From positions 1-49,952 of the forward strand of contig JBAZIT010000001.1 in NCBI GenBank assembly GCA_041651675.1: DNA of 49,952 nucleotides, in the 5' to 3' direction. Origin of the DNA: Candidatus Omnitrophota bacterium (GTDB lineage Bacteria > Omnitrophota > Gorgyraeia > Gygaellales > Profunditerraquicolaceae). Numbering within the stretch: position 1 is the first letter of the stretch; each line of letters opens with the position of its first letter. Shown here piece after piece: positions 42,844 to 49,952 of the stretch. Made by a program: the position numbers and the translations under genes. The notes below the pieces were generated by a model, which was not told the DNA's origin, did not search any database, and saw only the letters and a program-made list of their open reading frames with translations.

Positions 42844-45543
42844 TTATCGCCTCGCTTTTGCGTTTTTAACTGTTTTCCACAGCTCCATCGCCCATAAAGG
42901 CAGCGAGGAGATCCCGATCACCAGGACCCAATCAAATAAGCCCAACGCTTCAGTCTTGAACACCTTCTGCAGGAAGGGCAAATATACTACCCCCATCTGC
43001 AGGATAAAGGAAATACCGGTAGCATAAAGCAGCTGCTTATTGGTAAATATACCTATTTTAAATATGGATACGGACATACTCCGGCAATTAAAAGCATGGA
43101 ACAACTGGCTGCAGGCCAGCACCACAAACGCCGCGGTCCTGGCCCGGCCTATCCCTTCTTTTTCAATAAATAAAACAAAGATAAAAGCGAACAAACTGCA
43201 GAAAGCGATAAACGCTCCCTGGGCCAGCATGGATAAAGCCCTGTCTTTGGTCACCACTGCTTCGTTGGGCTTACGCGGAGGCCGCTGCATAATGTGCGGA
43301 TCAACCGGGTCAATCCCTAAAGCCAACGCCGGCAGTCCATCGGTTACCAGGTTGACCCAGAGGATATGGATCGGTAACAAGGGTATGGGCAGGCCGACTA
43401 ACGAAGAAACGAACATCACTAATATTTCTCCGGCATTACAGGAAAGAAGGTAATGGATGAACTTTCTTATATTATCGTAGATCCCTCTTCCTTCTTCCAC
43501 GGCCGATACTATCGAAGCGAAATTATCATCGGTCACTACCATATCCGAAACTTCTTTGGTTACATCTGTTCCGGTGATGCCCATGGCCACGCCGATGTCG
43601 GCTTCTTTTACTGCCGGCGCGTCATTTACGCCGTCGCCGGTCATGGCCACGATATCCCCGCGCCTGCGCCAGGCCCGAACCACCCGTAATTTATGCTCCG
43701 GAGATACTCGGGCATAAACCGAGATCCGCTCTACTTTGCCGTACAACTCGTCGTCACTAAGCTTATCCAATTCCTCTCCGCTAAGGGCCAGGGAATGCTC
43801 GTCGAAAAATCCCAGTTCCCGCGCAATGGCTACCGCCGTATTTTTATGGTCCCCGGTGATCATCACTGTTTTTATACCGGCGGCCTTGCATTCCTGGATA
43901 GCCTGCTTAACTTCTTCCCGGGGAGGGTCGATCATCGCAACCAGGCCGATAAAGGTAAGCTCTTTTTCGATAGTTCCCGGTTCATACTTATCCTGCTTAG
44001 CCTCTAATCTCCTGTAGGCGACGCCTAAAACACGCATTGCCTGGCTGGCTAAACCGTCATTCGCCTTTTGAATAGCCTCTCTGTCTTCAACAGTCAATCC
44101 CCGGACAGCGCCGTTTTCTTCAATATTCCTACAGCGGTCGATCAATATATCGGGCGCCCCCTTGACAAAAGCAACCAGCCCGGCATCAGAATTACGGATT
44201 ATCGTCATTATCTTGCGTTCGGAATCAAACGGTATTTCATCAACAAAAGGAAACTCCTGCTCCAATTTCTCCTTCCAGATATCCGCTTTGGCGGCGGCAG
44301 TTAAAAGAGCCCCTTCAGTGGGGTCGCCGATTATCTTATAAGCGGCGTTCTCTTTGACCAACTGGGCAGCGTTACATAATACGGCGCAGCGTAATGTTTT
44401 ATCTAATTCCGAATAAGCGCGCGGATCGATCCGGTTCTTATCCAGAGTAAACTCGCCTTGCGGGGCATAACCGATCCCGCTGACCGCAAACAGCCTGGCT
44501 CCGCTAAATAACTTTTGCACCGTCATCTCGTTCTTAGTCAGGGTCCCGGTCTTATCCGAGCAGATAACTGTCGCGCAACCCAATGTTTCTACCGATGGAA
44601 GCTTACGGATAAGCGCGTGGCGCTTGACCATCCGATGGACTCCCAGAGCTAAAGCGATAGTGACTACCGCAGGCAAGCCTTCGGGAATAGCGGCAACTGC
44701 CAGGCTCACCGCAGTCAAAAATATATCGACGATCCTTCCTCCGCGCAGCCATTCCAGCAGGAATACCAAGCCTACCAATATAAAACACAGGTAGACGATC
44801 CATTTACCGAATTGCTCTAATTTCTTCTGTAAAGGCGTGGACTCATGCCGAATATCCTGCACCATACCGGCGATCTTGCCCAGCTCTGTCTGCATAGCGG
44901 TATCCACAACTAAAGCCCGGGCTTTCCCTGAAGCGACGGAAGTCCCCAGATAAACCATATTTGCCCGGTCAGCCAGCGGAACTTCTTTTTCGCCTAAAGC
45001 CCGGATAGTTTTGGCAACCGGCGTAGATTCTCCGGTAAGGCTAGCCTCCTGAACGGCTAAATTGGATGTGCTCCAGACAAGGCGGCTGTCGGCAGGAATA
45101 CTATCGCCTGCTTCTAACTCGATCAGGTCGCCGGGAACCAGCTCAAAAGAAGGGATGATGCTGTGCTTACCTTCGCGGATAACTTTTGAGGAAGGACTGG
45201 CTAATTTCTTTAAAGCAGCTAAGGATTTTTCCGCCCGGTATTCCTGGATAAACCCCAGGACGGCGTTCAATATAACGATCGCGATGATCGCCAGGGCATC
45301 TACCCACTCCTGCAGGAACCCGGAAACTAAGGCCGCCCCGATCAAGACCCAGATCATAAAATCCTTGAACTGGCCCAGGAAAATATCCAAAGGCGTAATG
45401 CCTTTTTTCGCTGAAAGCTGGTTCAGGCCGAACTGCTCCAGGCGCTGTTTAGACTCAGCCAGGCTCAAGCCGGATTCCAGGCTCGTATTTAAAGCCTGGC
45501 TAGCCTGTTCTACGGATAAATTATAAAATTTGTTTTCGCTCAT
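42844..45543 (-). CDS. P-type ATPase, Ca2+-transporting (P2A/SERCA-like)
   Basis: 899 aa with [20 protein letters not shown] (M4 Ca site), TGDHKNTA and [10 protein letters not shown]. Confidence 0.9.
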   Translation of the reverse strand: MSENKFYNLSVEQASQALNTSLESGLSLAESKQRLEQFGLNQLSAKKGITPLDIFLGQFKDFMIWVLIGAALVSGFLQEWVDALAIIAIVILNAVLGFIQEYRAEKSLAALKKLASPSSKVIREGKHSIIPSFELVPGDLIELEAGDSIPADSRLVWSTSNLAVQEASLTGESTPVAKTIRALGEKEVPLADRANMVYLGTSVASGKARALVVDTAMQTELGKIAGMVQDIRHESTPLQKKLEQFGKWIVYLCFILVGLVFLLEWLRGGRIVDIFLTAVSLAVAAIPEGLPAVVTIALALGVHRMVKRHALIRKLPSVETLGCATVICSDKTGTLTKNEMTVQKLFSGARLFAVSGIGYAPQGEFTLDKNRIDPRAYSELDKTLRCAVLCNAAQLVKENAAYKIIGDPTEGALLTAAAKADIWKEKLEQEFPFVDEIPFDSERKIMTIIRNSDAGLVAFVKGAPDILIDRCRNIEENGAVRGLTVEDREAIQKANDGLASQAMRVLGVAYRRLEAKQDKYEPGTIEKELTFIGLVAMIDPPREEVKQAIQECKAAGIKTVMITGDHKNTAVAIARELGFFDEHSLALSGEELDKLSDDELYGKVERISVYARVSPEHKLRVVRAWRRRGDIVAMTGDGVNDAPAVKEADIGVAMGITGTDVTKEVSDMVVTDDNFASIVSAVEEGRGIYDNIRKFIHYLLSCNAGEILVMFVSSLVGLPIPLLPIHILWVNLVTDGLPALALGIDPVDPHIMQRPPRKPNEAVVTKDRALSMLAQGAFIAFCSLFAFIFVLFIEKEGIGRARTAAFVVLACSQLFHAFNCRSMSVSIFKIGIFTNKQLLYATGISFILQMGVVYLPFLQKVFKTEALGLFDWVLVIGISSLPLWAMELWKTVKNAKARR

Positions 45544-45551
45544 TTTAAAAT

Positions 45552-45704
45552 TTAGAAACAGAATATAAGGATATTGGCGAAGAAATACAGGACAGCGACA
45601 ATCAGCTCTTTCGGGTTACCTGAATGCGCCATCCTCAATAACCCGGCTGCCATAAGCAGGAGTGAGCCGAGCACCGCCGCGATCTGGTACAGTTGAAATT
45701 TCAT
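45552..45704 (-). CDS. small hydrophobic ORF (50 aa, two predicted TM helices)
   Basis: MKFQLYQIAAVLGSLLLMAAGLLRMAHSGNPKELIVAVLYFFANILIFCF. SD AGGAG lies 6 nt upstream. The ORF ends 8 nt before the ATPase ATG. Translated by hand. Confidence 0.45.
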   Translation of the reverse strand: MKFQLYQIAAVLGSLLLMAAGLLRMAHSGNPKELIVAVLYFFANILIFCF

Positions 45705-45717
45705 TTATTCTCCTATT

Positions 45718-48700
45718 TTAGGCCTGGGCCTTTTCTACGTCCGATTCTCGTAATAACCTATGGTACTCCTGTAACGACTTAGGCTCGCTCTGCTTTTTCC
45801 TGACCGCATCGATCCCATCTACCGTTGCCCGGGCAGCGGACATCGTCGTCACATAAGGAATTTTATACTGGATGGCCAGCATGCGTATATAGCTGTCATC
45901 ATAGACACTCATCCTGCCTACAGGGGTGTTGATAATCAGGTTGATCTCCCTGTTCTTGATAGCATCGGCGATATTCGGCCTTCCCTCGTGCAGCTTCTTG
46001 ACCAAAAGCGCATCCACTCCTTTTTCCTTTAAGAAACGCTGCGTATTCTCCGTAGCCGTAAGCTTAAAGCCCAATTGCGCTAACTTTAAGGCGATCGGCA
46101 GAAGCTCCGGCTTATCCTTATCAGTCACTGTCACCAGCACATTGCCTTCTGTCGGCAGTTTTGTCCCGGCAGATTCCTGGGCTTTGAAAAAAGCCAGGCC
46201 AAAATCCTGGTCAATGCCCATTACTTCTCCGGTCGCGCGCATCTCCGGCCCTAATACCGGATCCACTTCCGGGAACATATTAAAAGGAAAGACCGCTTCT
46301 TTTACCGAGACATACGGAAGCTTACGATGGATAAGCTCCGGAAAATCGCTTAATTTTTTCCCGAGCATTAGAAGAGTAGCAATGCGCGCCAGCGGTATGC
46401 CGACGGTCTTGGCAACCAAGGGTACGGTGCGGGAGGCGCGCGGATTTGCCTCCAAGATATAAACCTGATCGTCGCAAATCGCAAACTGTATATTAATTAA
46501 CCCGGCTACCTTCAATTCCTGAGCGATTTTTTTGGTCCATTCATCGATTATTCTTAAATGTTCCGGTTTTAATGTACGGGAAGGGATTGTGCAGGCAGAA
46601 TCTCCGGAATGTATGCCGGCATGCTCAATATGTTCCATTACCGCCGCCACAAAAGTATCCTGGCCGTCACAAAGCGCGTCTACTTCGCATTCCACGGCTT
46701 TTTCCAGGAAGCGGTCAATAAGCATGGGGTATTCCGGGCTGACCTGGATCGCCTCTTTAGCGTATTTAATTAACATTGCCTCATTGTAGATCACTTCCAT
46801 GCCCCGTCCGCCTAAAACAAAAGAAGGCCTGACCATTACCGGATAACCGATACGTTTGGCGATCTCCACGGCTTCTTCAATAGAAAAGGCCGTAGCTCCT
46901 TCGGTCTGGCGGATACCCAGTGCGATCATTTTTTGCCTGAAAAGCTCCCGGTCCTCGGCAAAAGCAATGCTCTTCGTACTTGTGCCAAGGATCTTGACCC
47001 CGTTCTGTTCAAGCTCAGCAGCAATATTTAAAGGAGTCTGGCCGCCGAACTGCACGATCGCGCCAACCGGTTTTTCTTTTTCCCAGATGGTTAAAACATC
47101 TTCTACGGTCAGCGGTTCAAAGTAAAGTTTATCAGAAGTATCATAATCCGTAGAAACTGTTTCCGGGTTACAGTTGATCATAATGGACTCGAATCCTTCA
47201 TCGCGCAAGGCAAAAGCCGCATGCACGCAGGTATAATCAAATTCTATACCCTGGCCGATACGGTTAGGCCCGCCGCCCAAAATAAGCACTTTCTTTTTAG
47301 CGGAAACCGGGACCAGGTCTTTACCCGGAGTATAAGTAGAATAATAATAGGCAGCATCTTTTACCCCGCTTACCGGCACCGGCTCAAAACGCGCATTCCC
47401 CGCGACTCTTTTCCGGCGTAAGCGCACCTCAGCTTCTTGCAGGTTAAATATCTTGGCCAGGTATTTATCGCTGAATCCCCATTCTTTTGCCTTTTTCAGC
47501 TCGGCGTCGGATAATTTTAGCCAGCCAGCCTTAAGCATTTTTTCCTCAAATTCAACCAGCTCTTGCATCTCCTTAATGAACCACTCGCCTATATGAGTTA
47601 TGGCGTTTAGCTCATCTACCCTCATCCCTTTACGCAAAGCCTCATACATCAGGAAGGCCCGCTGGCTGGTTGGATAGGCAAGCTTAAGCTTTAAGTCTTC
47701 TAAGGGCAGGGTATTAAAATCCCCGGCAAATCCCAGGCCATATCTTCCTATTTCCAGCGAACGGATGGACTTTTGAAAAGCCTCTTTGAAAGTCTTGGCG
47801 ATGCTCATTACTTCGCCCACTGCTTTCATCTGCGTGCCCAGTACATCTTTAGCCTGGCGGAATTTTTCAAATGCCCAGCGGGCAAATTTAATTACCACAT
47901 AATCTCCCCACGGTTCATACTTTTCCAGCGTCCCCTTTCTCCAGTAAGGGATCTCATCCAGGTTAAGCCCTGCCGCTAATTTAGTGGAGACCCGCGCAAT
48001 AGGAAAACCCGTAGCCTTAGAAGCCAGGGCTGAAGAACGCGAGGTGCGGGGATTAATTTCAATAGCGACCAGCCGGTCGTCTTTTAAATTATGCGCAAAT
48101 TGAATATTGGTGCCACCTACGACTCCGATCGCATCTACTATATTATAGGAGAGTTCCTGCATCCTCTTCTGCAGCTTTTCCGGAACAGTCAGCATAGGCG
48201 CAACGCAAAAACTATCTCCCGTATGCACACCCATCGCGTCGATATTCTCGATAAAACAGACGGTGATCTTCTGATTTTTTTCATCCCGGACCACTTCCAG
48301 CTCAAGCTCTTCCCACCCGATAACCGCTTCTTCAATCAGCACCTGATGGATAAGGCTGGCATTCAACCCACGGCTGGTTAATGTCTTCAAATCTTCATCA
48401 TTGTAGGCAATCCCTCCGCCTGTTCCGCCCAGTGTATACGCGGGCCGGACTACTACGGGATAATTTAATTTCCCGGCGACTTTTTGCGCCTCTTCAATGG
48501 AAAGGCAGATTTCCGAACGCGGCACAGGGATCCCGAGCTTCTTCATCGTATCCTTAAATGCCTCCCGGTCTTCTCCGCGCTCTATCGCGTCAGCTTTAAC
48601 GCCGATGATCTTTACTTTATATTTATCCAACACTCCGGCTTTATGCAAGGCCGAAGCCAGGTTTAACCCGGTCTGGCCTCCCAGATTCGGTAAAAGCGCG

Positions 48701-48951
48701 TCGGGCTTTTCCCTGGAAATAACCCTGGCCAGGCTCTCCACCGTCAGCGGCTCAATATAGGTGCGGTCAGCCATTCCCGGGTCAGTCATAATAGTAGCGG
48801 GATTGGAGTTCACCAGGACAATCTCATAGCCTTCCTCGCGCAGCGCTTTACAGGCCTGGGTCCCGGAATAATCAAATTCACAGGCTTGGCCTATAATTAT
48901 CGGCCCGGAACCGATGATCAGAATTTTTTTAATGTCTTTTCGTCTTGGCAT
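45718..48951 (-). CDS. carB: carbamoyl-phosphate synthase large subunit
   Basis: 1077 aa. Two ATP-grasp halves, an oligomerisation domain and a C-terminal MGS-like domain. It is highly conserved throughout. Confidence 0.97.
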   Translation of the reverse strand: MPRRKDIKKILIIGSGPIIIGQACEFDYSGTQACKALREEGYEIVLVNSNPATIMTDPGMADRTYIEPLTVESLARVISREKPDALLPNLGGQTGLNLASALHKAGVLDKYKVKIIGVKADAIERGEDREAFKDTMKKLGIPVPRSEICLSIEEAQKVAGKLNYPVVVRPAYTLGGTGGGIAYNDEDLKTLTSRGLNASLIHQVLIEEAVIGWEELELEVVRDEKNQKITVCFIENIDAMGVHTGDSFCVAPMLTVPEKLQKRMQELSYNIVDAIGVVGGTNIQFAHNLKDDRLVAIEINPRTSRSSALASKATGFPIARVSTKLAAGLNLDEIPYWRKGTLEKYEPWGDYVVIKFARWAFEKFRQAKDVLGTQMKAVGEVMSIAKTFKEAFQKSIRSLEIGRYGLGFAGDFNTLPLEDLKLKLAYPTSQRAFLMYEALRKGMRVDELNAITHIGEWFIKEMQELVEFEEKMLKAGWLKLSDAELKKAKEWGFSDKYLAKIFNLQEAEVRLRRKRVAGNARFEPVPVSGVKDAAYYYSTYTPGKDLVPVSAKKKVLILGGGPNRIGQGIEFDYTCVHAAFALRDEGFESIMINCNPETVSTDYDTSDKLYFEPLTVEDVLTIWEKEKPVGAIVQFGGQTPLNIAAELEQNGVKILGTSTKSIAFAEDRELFRQKMIALGIRQTEGATAFSIEEAVEIAKRIGYPVMVRPSFVLGGRGMEVIYNEAMLIKYAKEAIQVSPEYPMLIDRFLEKAVECEVDALCDGQDTFVAAVMEHIEHAGIHSGDSACTIPSRTLKPEHLRIIDEWTKKIAQELKVAGLINIQFAICDDQVYILEANPRASRTVPLVAKTVGIPLARIATLLMLGKKLSDFPELIHRKLPYVSVKEAVFPFNMFPEVDPVLGPEMRATGEVMGIDQDFGLAFFKAQESAGTKLPTEGNVLVTVTDKDKPELLPIALKLAQLGFKLTATENTQRFLKEKGVDALLVKKLHEGRPNIADAIKNREINLIINTPVGRMSVYDDSYIRMLAIQYKIPYVTTMSAARATVDGIDAVRKKQSEPKSLQEYHRLLRESDVEKAQA

Positions 48952-48974
48952 GTTTTAACCTTTCTTAAAAAAAT

Positions 48975-49005
48975 AAGCAACCCCCCTATCTTCCGAGAGT
49001 TGCTT
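48975..49005 (-). terminator. terminator-like hairpin inside the carB leader (candidate attenuator)
   Basis: Minus-sense AAGCAAC(UCUC)...(GGGG)GUUGCUU followed by AUUUUUUU. It ends about 20 nt before the carB ATG. Confidence 0.45.
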
Positions 49006-49080
49006 AAAAAACCTTCGACTTTGTTTTACTGCCGAATCCATTTCACTACGCCCTTGTAGCAGTTTTAAATTATTTTTAGT

Positions 49081-49109
49081 ATTGTATTAGGATTGGCGGC
49101 GCAAGTCAA
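49081..49109 (-). promoter_or_regulatory. putative carB promoter
   Basis: Minus-sense TTGACT-17 nt-TACAAT, immediately after the helicase stop codon. Confidence 0.45.
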
Positions 49110-49116
49110 GATTAAT

Positions 49117-49952
49117 TTAGCGGTAGAATTTCTTATTTCCGCCTCTTGCGTGGTTGAATTTATTCCGGTTGCCATTGTGGCGTTGTTTCGGCTTAGCCTG
49201 GAAAGCGCCTCCCCGGGATTCAACAAATTGCTCATGCGGAATTTCAGGATGCTTGGATATAGGAAGAGTGGAACGGATGATCTTTTCTATATCGCGGACA
49301 TCCCGGCTCTGGTCAGGCGTGGCAAAAGAGACCGCATGCCCCTGCTTTCCGGCCCGGGCTGTGCGGCCGATACGGTGCACATAATTCTCCGCGTCCTCCG
49401 GAAGGTCGAAATTCACCACTAACTCTATCCCGGTCACGTCAATGCCCCTGGCGGCAATATCCGTAGCCACAAGCACCTTATACCTTCCGGATTTAAAACC
49501 ATCTAAGGCTTCTCTTCTCTGGCTCAGGGAGCGATTAGAATGAATTTCAGAAGCGCTATAGCCCATATCTTTGATTGAGCGCGTGATCTTTCTGGCGTTA
49601 AACTTGGTGCGGGAGAATAAAAGGACCGCGCCTTTATATTGGGCCAGCAGCTTGCTCAAAAGGCGCAGCTTAGCTTCTTTTTTAACGATAAATAATTCCT
49701 GGGTAACATGCTCTGCGGTTGTTCCGGAAGGAGCGATCTCTACGGAAATAGGGAGTTTCATATACCTGGAGGCTATCTCCATAATCTCTTTGGGGATAGT
49801 CGCCGAAAATAACATAGTCTGCCGCGCCGCCGGCAAAAAACGCAAGATCTTATTGATCTGCGGAGCAAACCCCATATCCAGCATGCGGTCGGCCTCATCC
49901 AGCACAAGCATCACTACCTGTTCCGGAAGAAAATTCCATTGCCCCATATGGT
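49117..49952 (-). CDS. DEAD-box ATP-dependent RNA helicase (5' end outside window)
   Basis: VLDEADRMLDMGF, SAT and HRIGRTARAG motifs, plus a basic C-terminal tail. The reading frame is open to the window edge. Confidence 0.9.
   Translation of the reverse strand, partial: HMGQWNFLPEQVVMLVLDEADRMLDMGFAPQINKILRFLPAARQTMLFSATIPKEIMEIASRYMKLPISVEIAPSGTTAEHVTQELFIVKKEAKLRLLSKLLAQYKGAVLLFSRTKFNARKITRSIKDMGYSASEIHSNRSLSQRREALDGFKSGRYKVLVATDIAARGIDVTGIELVVNFDLPEDAENYVHRIGRTARAGKQGHAVSFATPDQSRDVRDIEKIIRSTLPISKHPEIPHEQFVESRGGAFQAKPKQRHNGNRNKFNHARGGNKKFYR

Noticed and set aside
48952-49116. A PyrR-binding loop or another known riboswitch class in the carB leader.
   Set aside because: I could not find the ARUCCAGAGAGGYU-type motif or any aptamer signature I recognise. 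The region is reported only as a generic attenuator candidate.
1-49952. Scanned both strands for CRISPR repeats, tRNA/rRNA, integrases, transposases, toxin-antitoxin pairs and known defence-system genes.
   Set aside because: None was found. All intergenic regions are under ~200 nt and are accounted for by promoters, a riboswitch, hairpins or small ORFs.

Overview
The window appears to be chromosomal DNA from a diderm (outer-membrane-bearing) bacterium, probably uncultivated. Coding density is very high and the strand bias is extreme: only two genes, at 2705 and 41676, lie on the + strand.

Gene content is dominated by transport and its regulation.
(1) A large phosphate block: Pit plus a DUF47 partner; phoB-phoR; a stand-alone receiver; and a porin-pstSCAB-phoU array.
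(2) feoAB, tightly packed with a polysaccharide deacetylase and a class-A beta-lactamase-like hydrolase.
(3) A same-strand efflux array of about 12 kb: TetR, RND adaptor, RND pump, NodT-type outer-membrane factor (OMF), a TolC-type OMF, MacA, MacB and an MFS transporter.
(4) A Thi4 thiazole synthase behind a clear TPP riboswitch, next to a hemerythrin and a two-subunit 2-oxoacid:ferredoxin oxidoreductase.
(5) A YbhGFSR-like ABC-2 efflux operon headed by an unusual TolC gene.
(6) An orphan prepilin and a secreted protein.
(7) carB, a small membrane ORF, a Ca-type P-ATPase and DUF502, followed by a truncated DEAD-box helicase.

I found no rRNA, tRNA, CRISPR array, transposase, integrase or recognisable defence gene.

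The observations most worth follow-up are:
(a) a winged-helix DNA-binding module fused in frame, through a signal-peptide-like segment, to the TolC-family protein. It has a consensus promoter, and copies of an ATATGCA-N3-TGCATAT palindrome sit there and again 1.2 kb away.
(b) two paralogous promoter-plus-small-ORF modules carrying 11-bp-phased Pho-box-like direct repeats. One drives a PhoB-receiver-only paralogue and the other drives the porin-pst array.
(c) a recurrent leaderless promoter geometry, with the -10 hexamer exactly 6 nt from the ATG, at four genes.

All functional calls come from reading motifs in the translated ORFs and the DNA by eye. No database search was run.
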